A DNA stretch of 16,068 bases from IMG/VR virus record IMGVR_UViG_3300045118_000414; one strand, given 5' to 3'. This document shows positions 1-7,694 of this stretch, in pieces. This stretch comes from a virus. Taxonomy: Duplodnaviria > Heunggongvirae > Uroviricota > Caudoviricetes. Position numbers and translations under genes: made by a program. The notes beneath the pieces were generated by a model. It saw nothing but the letters and a program-made list of their open reading frames with translations, had not been told where the DNA came from and did not search any database. The stretch's first letter is position 1, and every line of letters begins with the position of its first letter.

Positions 1-330
1 TTTAGGGGTCGTTTTTTAATATTTGAAAATCAATTTTATTTCAACTTTAGAATATTATTACTTTTACTAAAAATAAATATAAATAGGTCTAATTCTGAGT
101 TCACAATTTACTTTAAGCTGATTTCATTGATCGGAAATGCGATTTTTCATGGGACCGGTCGAAGTTGATTTTGAAAAAAATTTTTCTGGCCCCTGTTTAT
201 GCGGGTCCGCTGCTGCACCGGTCATTTTTTGTTGCAAAATCATTGGGGTTTTTGACCAAAAAAGTGTATCAAAATGAGAATTTTTTGCGAAGGAAAATTT
301 TTTCGGATTTTTTGGGTAAAAAGTTTTTTT
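1..330. other. Non-coding region with regularly spaced A/T homopolymer tracts (possible bent DNA near a genome end, pac site or origin)
   Basis: No ORF of 60 aa or more in the track. A4-7/T4-7 runs at 225-230, 236-239, 249-253, 258-263, 271-274, 281-286, 294-303, 308-313, 318-322 and 324-330. The function is inference only. Confidence 0.4.
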
Positions 331-355
331 GAAAAGTAAAAAATGTACTTTTCAA
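329..355. repeat. 10-bp inverted repeat (TTGAAAAGTA-N7-TACTTTTCAA)
   Basis: Arms 329-338 and 346-355 are exact reverse complements. Confidence 0.75.
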
Positions 356-388
356 TATTTGCCTGGAGGGTCAGTCCAGGCAAATATT
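354..388 (-). terminator. Perfect 14-bp hairpin just downstream of the leftward 399..797 gene; likely terminator
   Basis: AATATTTGCCTGGA (354-367), loop GGGTCAG, TCCAGGCAAATATT (375-388); 10 nt past the stop codon of ORF 399..797. Confidence 0.6.
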
Positions 389-398
389 TAGGTGGCGA

Positions 399-797
399 TT
401 ATGAGTGAAATTCGCGGTCGTAAGTACGTGCACATTTTTCACAAAGACTTAGGGGGATGTCGCTTATATATTTTTTAGGTAATAGCTGTAAGTCTATGTA
501 AATACTGAGACTTGGTAGGTAGCCTACATTTGTGACAGTGTGCGCATTTTTGGTATGACATATAACACACGTTTCAATTGGTATATTTGTATGTTTTACT
601 AACACTTCTTCGTTTATCGCAGTATCCAGGTATTGGTACTGTTGGCCGCATTCTTGACAAAAATCATAATTAGTTAATTTCGCACTATCATTCCGTATGC
701 AACCTAGTACACCTTCAGCACAGCATGGACATAAAACACGATACGCCGATATTGTAGACGCGGACTGCAACGCAGAATGGAAAAGTTTGATAATCAT
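399..797 (-). CDS. Hypothetical protein with two putative Zn-binding modules
   Basis: 132 aa with CPCC...CQEC and CVIC...CEKC pairs; SD-like AAGGA 7 nt upstream of the ATG. Confidence 0.75.
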   Translation of the reverse strand: MIIKLFHSALQSASTISAYRVLCPCCAEGVLGCIRNDSAKLTNYDFCQECGQQYQYLDTAINEEVLVKHTNIPIETCVICHTKNAHTVTNVGYLPSLSIYIDLQLLPKKYISDIPLSLCEKCARTYDREFHS

Positions 798-799
798 AA

Positions 800-1915
800 T
801 TAATTCCTTATTGTGAAAAATATAATAGTTATTATTAGTACCATTAACAATAATGAAAGAATAAGTATTTGTATGATTGGTTCTATTTCTACAGTCAAAT
901 AGTCAAATTCCTTAAATTGCCGCCGCTCAAATTTTTGGGCCACTATATCTTTAAGATTAGTCACCGTAGTCAATGGATCGAATTTACTTTGAGCTAATAT
1001 CATAGCTTGTATATCTTCTTTCATATCATTCCGTTTAGTCCATGAGAAGACTTTAGCCCACTGTATTTTGGCCGTATCGTTAATACTTACACATACAACT
1101 ACTTCGTTCTTATTACCACCTTTCCAATAGCTTTCTTGATGAACAGCGTATCCATCTGGCCGGTCGTGGAATATTAATAACCACATACGTACTTGTTTTA
1201 CTGATCCGATTAAGCCATTGTAATTTGTCAGCAGCTGATCTGCTTGAGTATAATCCATTATATTCCCTTCTTGCAATATCGAAGGACAGGTGTTATTTAT
1301 CACTTTCGGATAATTAAACAATTTTATATGTGCTGTATCAGGCTGATAGAATTTAAATACACTTGGCGCATGTCGTGTTTTATTAGTGTATAGTTGTGTA
1401 CTAATATATGGAATAATAGTATGATCATCGTTATTCCAATGTGTAGTATATTTATCACCATCCTGTGTATAATAATTTCGGCCTAGGTCTATGTATTGTT
1501 TATTTTTCCATATCTTGGTTAAGTAGTTATACATACCCAAATCTACGTCATAATTTTTACCGAGATTTGTAGTTATTTTATAACTAGGTCCATGACTATC
1601 CACATGTGAACAATCATAGTAATATGTGGTATATGTAATATTACCGTCTGAATCAGTCCCCGAAGGAATGTCGCGTGAACACATATCATGATGCCATTCA
1701 TTCCATGGTTCATAGTAATCACATGCTAACGCATATTCGCCGATATATTCAGTTTCTAAAGCTGTTCCATATGTAGCTATTAATTGACTACCGAATAAAA
1801 TTATAAACCCAATATTCAGTAGTATTACATATTTCTGCCAAGACATTTTGTCTTTAAAAAACACAAAACAAACTGCTTCAGCAATTGCAATAATAACGAT
1901 TCCGATAAGAATCAT
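800..1915 (-). CDS. Phage membrane protein with two N-terminal and one C-terminal TM helices and a possible TPM-like extracytoplasmic domain
   Basis: 371 aa with hydrophobic helices at both ends. The YWKGGNKNEVVVCVS segment resembles the G-x-K-x-N-x-V-hydrophobic strand of TPM domains. SD AAAGGA upstream. The ORF is secure; the domain call is tentative. Confidence 0.6.
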   Translation of the reverse strand: MILIGIVIIAIAEAVCFVFFKDKMSWQKYVILLNIGFIILFGSQLIATYGTALETEYIGEYALACDYYEPWNEWHHDMCSRDIPSGTDSDGNITYTTYYYDCSHVDSHGPSYKITTNLGKNYDVDLGMYNYLTKIWKNKQYIDLGRNYYTQDGDKYTTHWNNDDHTIIPYISTQLYTNKTRHAPSVFKFYQPDTAHIKLFNYPKVINNTCPSILQEGNIMDYTQADQLLTNYNGLIGSVKQVRMWLLIFHDRPDGYAVHQESYWKGGNKNEVVVCVSINDTAKIQWAKVFSWTKRNDMKEDIQAMILAQSKFDPLTTVTNLKDIVAQKFERRQFKEFDYLTVEIEPIIQILILSLLLMVLIITIIFFTIRN

Positions 1916-1958
1916 GATTTATCCTTTCTAAGTATAGTGGGTATATTAGTTATCATAT

Positions 1959-1967
1959 TCTTATACC
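1959..1967 (-). promoter_or_regulatory. GGTATAAGA motif, putative -10-like element of the leftward promoter
   Basis: The same 9-mer is on the minus strand at 9586-9594, 10122-10130 and 13957-13965; three of the four copies lie upstream of leftward gene clusters. Confidence 0.5.
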
Positions 1968-1996
1968 TTGCATTTTTGAATATACTTTCGTATATT
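1968..1996 (+). promoter_or_regulatory. sigma70-type promoter, leaderless start of the spike gene
   Basis: TTGCAT (1968-1973), N17, TATATT (1991-1996), then 5 nt to the ATG at 2002; no SD. Confidence 0.7.
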
Positions 1997-2001
1997 CTTG
2001 T

Positions 2002-3273
2002 ATGGAAACTTTTTATGCTAAGGTATTAGAACAGCTGGACGATTATCGATTCAAGGTCAAGCGTATGAATGCAGTTGAAAGGAGCGAAGCGTCATTAGCT
2101 GAAGTAGCAACAGTACTGTCTATGATGCCAACAGGACGAGGTGCTGGATTTCGTGCTGGTGCTAGTAAATGCGATAATTTATATGCTGTATGTTTTAAAG
2201 ATTCTGCATATATGGTTTTTATCCTGGGGTTTGTTCCAGGTAGTTTTGCGCGAGAAATTACTAGATCTGAACCTGGTGGATTTGTATTAGCTAGTGCAGA
2301 TAATACACATGTTAAAGCATTCGGTGACGGATCATTAAGTTTATATACATCTGAATATTCACAATTAGTATTAGAGCCACGAGCTGAATCGTTATTTGGA
2401 CAATTCAAAAATGTAACCTTTAAATATTGGACAGGCAGTAATAGTATCAGACCTGGTATATACCGATTCTATTATGCCAAGGATCAAGATCTTACCGCAT
2501 TACCTACACACAAAACAGATACTAAGCCAGATAATTTTATAATCGATATTGGTAAATCAGATGAAGCTAAAGGCACTGTTAACTTTTGGATAAAAGAAAA
2601 TTATGATTCAACTGGATCTTCCATATATTCATTAACTGGTACAATAGGCGACAAAAATATTATTGCTTTGTCGTTTGCTGAGACAGATTTAAAAATTACA
2701 TCAGATATTACATGGACAACCGATGGTGCATTATTATATTCTGTAAAAAACACTGACACAAAAAATAATGTTCAGTGGAAGTTTGATGAGAAGTCATTGA
2801 TAAGCACACTGACCTTCAACGATGCTAAAGCTAAAGTTGATCTAATACTGGATTCATCAGTGGACAATCAATTTAGTATTATTGGTAGTGGCGAAGGTGC
2901 AAGTAAGAAATATTCATTAGCAATGGGCACGGGTTCAAGTGCATTAATACTACGTCTAGCCGATGATAAAGTTAAATTAGATATTGCCAGTGATGGTGGT
3001 ATTATATTAGATAATGGTAAATGTGTAATTACTGTTACCGCTAGCGGTGATGTTACGATTAAAGCGGACGGTACAATTAAGATTGGTGGATCCGGTAATG
3101 AACAGCGATTAGTGACGGAAAGTTGGGTCAAGGACGAGTACGCTAAGCATCAACATCAAGCACAAGGCCCGGCATCACCTACAAGTACACCTTTTCCATT
3201 AGATATGAGTATATATTCACCAGGCTCAGACAGCAGTTCAAATCAATTTACAAATACAACGAGGGCAGAATAA
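2002..3273 (+). CDS. Baseplate central spike protein (gpV/gp5/VgrG-like)
   Basis: The N-terminus has an OB-fold-like pattern (AKV...FKVK...G.GF...DNLYAVCF...VFILGFVP). The C-terminus has beta-helix-like repeats (ITVTASGDVTIKADGTIKIG) and ends in HQH followed by a G/P/S/T-rich tail, matching the HxH metal-binding apex of P2 gpV-type spikes. Confidence 0.65.
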   Translation: METFYAKVLEQLDDYRFKVKRMNAVERSEASLAEVATVLSMMPTGRGAGFRAGASKCDNLYAVCFKDSAYMVFILGFVPGSFAREITRSEPGGFVLASADNTHVKAFGDGSLSLYTSEYSQLVLEPRAESLFGQFKNVTFKYWTGSNSIRPGIYRFYYAKDQDLTALPTHKTDTKPDNFIIDIGKSDEAKGTVNFWIKENYDSTGSSIYSLTGTIGDKNIIALSFAETDLKITSDITWTTDGALLYSVKNTDTKNNVQWKFDEKSLISTLTFNDAKAKVDLILDSSVDNQFSIIGSGEGASKKYSLAMGTGSSALILRLADDKVKLDIASDGGIILDNGKCVITVTASGDVTIKADGTIKIGGSGNEQRLVTESWVKDEYAKHQHQAQGPASPTSTPFPLDMSIYSPGSDSSSNQFTNTTRAE

Positions 3274-3524
3274 TGTCATTAAGTGCGAGCGATCTTGTGG
3301 TTAAGATAAAAGCTGAGGTCGACAAGAAAAAACAAAAAATAAAATTACGTGATAATTATACTAATGATGAAATGTTTGAAGCCATTGCAAAAGCTATTAT
3401 TGATTACTTAACAGCCAACACCGTCGTGTCAGTAACAGCTAATATTGGTGAAATCATGGTAGCAGGTAGTCCGTCAGCACAACAAAATGCGGCACCTATT
3501 ACAATAAAAGGAACAATCAGTTAA
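3273..3524 (+). CDS. Small conserved-looking protein coupled to the spike gene (probable baseplate component)
   Basis: 83 aa; TAATG overlap with the spike stop; amphipathic helix AIAKAIIDYL followed by beta segments ending KGTIS. Confidence 0.65.
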   Translation: MSLSASDLVVKIKAEVDKKKQKIKLRDNYTNDEMFEAIAKAIIDYLTANTVVSVTANIGEIMVAGSPSAQQNAAPITIKGTIS

Positions 3525-3529
3525 TACTA

Positions 3530-3558
3530 TTGACATACTCAGATTATTTGAGTAATAT
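3530..3558 (+). promoter_or_regulatory. sigma70-type promoter, leaderless start of the carrier-repeat gene
   Basis: Consensus TTGACA (3530-3535), N17, TAATAT (3553-3558), then 5 nt to the ATG at 3564; no SD. Confidence 0.8.
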
Positions 3559-3563
3559 TACGT

Positions 3564-3881
3564 ATGAATCTAAATAAACTCGGATTTGAAAAGAAAAGAA
3601 CAGATGACTTAATAGCTGGTGGTACCGCAGGTGCCTTGGCTAATTTAGTTGTCGCCCCTATTGATGCAATCGCAGATTCACGTCGCGCTGGTACATTTTT
3701 AGGACATAAACTTATGTCAAAAACTATTCCGGCGCAGATAAAAGAAATGTATTACATAGGTGGCCCCAAAGGATTTTTTTCTGGAGCCGGTGTAAAAATG
3801 CTTAAAGTAGCACCTGCTTCAGCTCTATCATTTGCACTCTATGGAATTACCAAAGACATACTTCAACGAAAAAATAAGTGA
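3564..3881 (+). CDS. Single-repeat mitochondrial carrier (SLC25 / Mito_carr)-like membrane protein
   Basis: DLIAGGTAGALANLVVAPID matches the odd helix pattern xxxAGGxAGxxxxxxxxPx[DE]. GGPKGFFSG matches [DE]GxxGx[FYW][RK]G. MLKVAPASALSFALYGITKDIL matches the even helix pattern xxRxxPxxAxxFxxYExxK. There is only one repeat (about 90 aa). Confidence 0.8.
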   Translation: MNLNKLGFEKKRTDDLIAGGTAGALANLVVAPIDAIADSRRAGTFLGHKLMSKTIPAQIKEMYYIGGPKGFFSGAGVKMLKVAPASALSFALYGITKDILQRKNK

Positions 3882-4572
3882 TCCACAAACACCACTACTG
3901 CCCGCAGTTAGTTTAGGTGCAGCTTACGGTATACCCATGGCTATATTATATCAGTTAGCACGTGGGCGCAATGTAGGATGGAAAGACGCATTAATAGGTG
4001 CGGGTATTGGCGCAGGATCTGCATTAATTGCCAATACGGTAAATCGTAAATATTTTGCAGATGAATGGGATAGATATCGTGAAGGTAAAAAAATGCAAGA
4101 ACTAGGATTTCAAAAGACCGCAAAAGACATGCCGTCATTCACCAGCCAGGATCGTCCTGAAAAGGTAAAAGAAATATATCGTGCATTAAAACGCGAACAC
4201 CCAGAATGGTCTGCTGGTAAAAAGGCACGTATTGCTGAAAGCACATATAATAAAATGGCTGCCGTTAGTCCTAAAGCATTACGACAGGCATTGGATAAAC
4301 GAATTACCACAACAAACGAATTGATTTTAAACGGCAATGTACCATTAACAAAACAATTATTGAAACGTAATATATCACAGGGGTCTAATCTAATACAAAA
4401 GATGACCGCAGAAAAAGCGCCTGCATCTGAAGGAGCTAACGCAATAAGAACGACAGCATTGGCTCCAGCACAATTACAAGATAAACTAAATTATGTAAAT
4501 TATTTTGTTAATCGTTCCAAAGAGGCGCTCAACGAATTAAAAATTATACCTTATATAAAGAAAACAAAATGA
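3832..4572 (+). CDS. Modular hypothetical virion protein: glycine-zipper hairpin, GFQKTA linker, basic helical modules (start uncertain)
   Basis: Open frame of 246 aa with GAAYG...GAGIGAG hydrophobic helices. Possible starts at 3832, 3841 or 3937, plus an internal ATG at 4093 preceded by GAAGG. ATGA overlap with the next gene. Confidence 0.7.
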   Translation: MHSMELPKTYFNEKISDPQTPLLPAVSLGAAYGIPMAILYQLARGRNVGWKDALIGAGIGAGSALIANTVNRKYFADEWDRYREGKKMQELGFQKTAKDMPSFTSQDRPEKVKEIYRALKREHPEWSAGKKARIAESTYNKMAAVSPKALRQALDKRITTTNELILNGNVPLTKQLLKRNISQGSNLIQKMTAEKAPASEGANAIRTTALAPAQLQDKLNYVNYFVNRSKEALNELKIIPYIKKTK

Positions 4573-6299
4573 CAGATCTATTTATTAAACCATTAGAATT
4601 TGAAAAGACTGCATACCTACGAGTAAGTGAAAATCCTACTGAATGGACTAGAGATGTAATGGAACAGTTCTATGTGGCATTTCCTTATTTTATTAATTAT
4701 CCGGTCAGAGTAGAATTCAAACAAAAAGATGAACAAAAAGGATATGCAATTGGTGCAATCATTGTTGAAAATGGTGGAGGTGTCGCAGTGCCCATCGTTA
4801 TTAAAAATCGTGAATTGTATCCATTTGACGTTTGCTTAATTAATGGACAAGTTATACCATTAACTGATTATACAATCAATACATATATTGCAGGTAAAAC
4901 TCCGTTCCTGAAAACGGTGAAACGAGAAACAGGTGATATCACTACATTGTTATTTAGTTCAGGCGGATTGGGATATATGAGAGAGGCACCAATCGAAACC
5001 TACAAAACTGCTGGTGCAGACGAATCATTATTAGATAAAGTATTGCCTTTAACAACAAAGGCCGAACGTGAAAAGATTTTGACAGAAATTGAAAACGAGC
5101 AAGTAACTGAAGGTTATCGTATGAACGGCACAGCGTCGTGTGTAGTTAAGATTGCCAGTGAATCGCACGAAGATGTGGTTCTCGAGAAAACTGCAGCACG
5201 TGTAAATGATTTACTCGACCGTGATATTTGGTACATTTATAAAAATGGTGAGTTTTCATATCATGGTACATTCGGGAATAGTAAGGTTGCCGATACTGCA
5301 ATTACATTTGATAACATGACCGAAGCAGATGTTGCCGCATTTAAAGGACAGCTTATTAAATGTGCGAAAGCCAAAACATTAGAAGCTAAACAGCAATCTA
5401 AGCCTGTAGTAATACTACCAATTAAAAATAGTGACACGTCAATTGTGTTACTTGAAAATGGTGACTATGTTCGTATACCTAATCACATGTATGTAGATGC
5501 ACCGGTAAAAATATCAATGGAACCTCCTGGACAGCCGCCTGAATTACATAAATCCGGTATGTTTAAATACGGAGATGGTACATATAGCGATGTATTAACC
5601 GTAGATCGATTACTTGCTATGCGTGATATACAGTATGTGTATGCAAATAATGGAGCCAAGTTTGCGGTGTATAGTGGTATTGAAAAGACTGCAAATGTTG
5701 ATGGGTGGACATGGGTGCCAGAAAATGCATTTGTTAAGTTAGGTTGTGAACAATGCACAGAAAAGAAAGTAAAAAATATAAAACATCGTGTTATTAAAAC
5801 AGCTACTGAATTATCAATAGATGGTGCAACACCAGTCAACCTACATGATGGCATTTGGACGTTAATTCAGAAAGGTGCACTAGAGGATGATGTAAAAAAA
5901 CTTGGATCGTTACGGGATGGTGAAGCCTTAGAGTTTGAATACGAATTTACTGAACCAGTTTCGTCCATTGAAAAGATAGCATTTGAGTATGACAGTATTG
6001 TTGCAAAAGAATTAAGTGATATCCAAAGAGTATCTCGAAATTATGTTAAAGAAGCAAGCGCTATACCTGATGTACCTACTGTTGATAAAGTGTTAGCACT
6101 AAATTTTGTTAACAAAGATACAATTGCGGTATTTATAGACTCAATCCCGTTATTTGAAAATGCTGTGGCAGCGTTAGCAGAAATGATTATGAAAGCAAGA
6201 ATTGGTGTACAGTTAGTAGATGAAGGCGCATTGCGCAAAGTAATGTTTGGTTTGTTAGATATAATTGAAATATTACGTGGAGTAAAGGGATTAAAATGA
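4569..6299 (+). CDS. Large hypothetical protein with repeated K-T-A/K-x-A motifs; probable virion structural or morphogenesis protein
   Basis: 576 aa, ATGA-coupled at both ends; KTA occurs 5 times, plus KIA twice, KCA and KEA. No enzyme motif recognised. Confidence 0.8.
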   Translation: MTDLFIKPLEFEKTAYLRVSENPTEWTRDVMEQFYVAFPYFINYPVRVEFKQKDEQKGYAIGAIIVENGGGVAVPIVIKNRELYPFDVCLINGQVIPLTDYTINTYIAGKTPFLKTVKRETGDITTLLFSSGGLGYMREAPIETYKTAGADESLLDKVLPLTTKAEREKILTEIENEQVTEGYRMNGTASCVVKIASESHEDVVLEKTAARVNDLLDRDIWYIYKNGEFSYHGTFGNSKVADTAITFDNMTEADVAAFKGQLIKCAKAKTLEAKQQSKPVVILPIKNSDTSIVLLENGDYVRIPNHMYVDAPVKISMEPPGQPPELHKSGMFKYGDGTYSDVLTVDRLLAMRDIQYVYANNGAKFAVYSGIEKTANVDGWTWVPENAFVKLGCEQCTEKKVKNIKHRVIKTATELSIDGATPVNLHDGIWTLIQKGALEDDVKKLGSLRDGEALEFEYEFTEPVSSIEKIAFEYDSIVAKELSDIQRVSRNYVKEASAIPDVPTVDKVLALNFVNKDTIAVFIDSIPLFENAVAALAEMIMKARIGVQLVDEGALRKVMFGLLDIIEILRGVKGLK

Positions 6300-6703
6300 A
6301 CGAAATAGCTAACTTATTTGCAAAAGCAATTAACAAAGTAAGACAATTTCCTCGCACAACTACGGGAATTGCTGGCGGTGCAGTGGGGGCCGTTGGAGGC
6401 AATGTTATCGATGATGGTAATGCACGTGGTACTATTGTGGGCACCGCATTTGGTACTGGAGCAGGCGTGGCATTTGGTGCTAAATTTAATAAAGCAATAA
6501 CACCCTTAGTTAATAAAGTACGTGAAACCGTGCCTTCCATGGCTAATATAGCTTTGTCTGAAAAAGAATTGCGTATGAATCGAATTCAGCATGCGCAAAA
6601 TGCACAGGCACACGATAAACGCTTACTTAATTTAAAGAAACAACAGAAACCAGTAGATTCAGCTATTCCCGGCGTAGAAGGGTTTAGAGTAGTGAAAGGA
6701 TAA
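6296..6703 (+). CDS. Glycine-zipper (GxxxG) two-helix membrane protein with a basic tail
   Basis: GIAGGAVGAVGG and GTIVGTAFGTGAGVAFG; ATGA overlap with the upstream gene. Confidence 0.75.
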   Translation: MNEIANLFAKAINKVRQFPRTTTGIAGGAVGAVGGNVIDDGNARGTIVGTAFGTGAGVAFGAKFNKAITPLVNKVRETVPSMANIALSEKELRMNRIQHAQNAQAHDKRLLNLKKQQKPVDSAIPGVEGFRVVKG

Positions 6704-6706
6704 GTT

Positions 6707-6955
6707 GTGGTAAAACAATCTAGTATAGGTGAATTATTTACACCAGTTGCGAAACACTTAGCAAAAAATCCCAATTTAGCTGGGGGTGCGATTGGTGCAT
6801 TAACTGGTGGAATTTTGGGAGCAAACACATTCAATGACACCCCAATTGCCGGAGTATTAGGTGGTGCAATCATGGGAGGTGCAACGGGTGCATTTATTGC
6901 AACAACCAAGCGTGGTAAACAAACAATGAAGGTTTTATTTGGCAAAGGAAAATAA
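6707..6955 (+). CDS. Glycine-zipper two-helix membrane protein (GTG start)
   Basis: LAGGAIGALTGGILG and IAGVLGGAIMGGATGAFIA; AAGGA upstream of the GTG. Confidence 0.75.
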   Translation: MVKQSSIGELFTPVAKHLAKNPNLAGGAIGALTGGILGANTFNDTPIAGVLGGAIMGGATGAFIATTKRGKQTMKVLFGKGK

Positions 6956-7694
6956 TAACACACTAACTGGTGTAGCATTAGGCACCGGTGGTGGGATAGC
7001 TTATACATATGGACGTTCTAGTCTGCCGAAGGTCAGTAAGCCAGTACATATTTCAGCACTGGAAAAAGAAAAATTTATATCCAAGTTGAAACCTGGCGAC
7101 GTGTTACTAACTGGGGCGTACGACAAGGGTCCATGGGAAAAAGGTTTTGATACATTTCTAAATCGCAATAAACCTGTTTATCATATTGGTGTATATACTG
7201 GCAAGGGGCAATATTCCGAATTTTTATTACGTCATCAACAGCCGGGCGGAGATACAACCAAAAAAGATTTACGACAAGCACTCACTGAAGAAGCACATGA
7301 AGCATGGCGTCCTCACATTACTGATACTGAGCGCAAAAATTTCTTAAAGGGTGTAAATAAACGTTATACTAAGTCTTCATACAGCTCTCCCGCTGCTATA
7401 AAAGCGTATCTAGCGAACTCATTTGGATTAAAAAATATAAAGTGTGAAGGAGATTTTTGCAGTAATGCTCCAGCCAAACATTTACCACAGCGATTATTCA
7501 AAGTCAATAAATCAATTGCTATGCCAAAAGATTTCACCAATCCAAAAAAATTTACATTAGTAGCAGAACTAAAGAAAGTAGAAACACATCTACCAGCATC
7601 AAATAAATCATTATTAAAGTATGTCGTAGCTCCTGCTGTAGCATTAGGTGCATTAGGGTTTGCATTAGATCATGCCAAAAAACGAAAAGAATAA
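6939..7694 (+). CDS. Permuted papain-like NlpC/P60 enzyme (YiiX/YaeF, peptidase C92-like) with hydrophobic terminal helices
   Basis: LKPGDVLL, then YHIGVY (His82), then FCSN (Cys174): His before Cys, as in permuted NlpC/P60 enzymes. TTG start with GAAGG upstream. Confidence 0.75.
   Translation: MAKENNNTLTGVALGTGGGIAYTYGRSSLPKVSKPVHISALEKEKFISKLKPGDVLLTGAYDKGPWEKGFDTFLNRNKPVYHIGVYTGKGQYSEFLLRHQQPGGDTTKKDLRQALTEEAHEAWRPHITDTERKNFLKGVNKRYTKSSYSSPAAIKAYLANSFGLKNIKCEGDFCSNAPAKHLPQRLFKVNKSIAMPKDFTNPKKFTLVAELKKVETHLPASNKSLLKYVVAPAVALGALGFALDHAKKRKE

Noticed and set aside
3564-3881. Reading the 105-aa protein as just another glycine zipper, or as eukaryotic contamination
   Set aside because: The match extends beyond the Gly-rich helix to PxD, GxxGFFxG and KxxPxxAxxFxxYxxxK with correct spacing. 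The gene is intronless, has a bacterial promoter and shares the LGF[EQ]K motif with its neighbour.
4569-6299. Calling the 576-aa protein a major capsid or portal protein
   Set aside because: Size and context are compatible, but no HK97 or portal motif could be recognised; left as hypothetical pending structure prediction.
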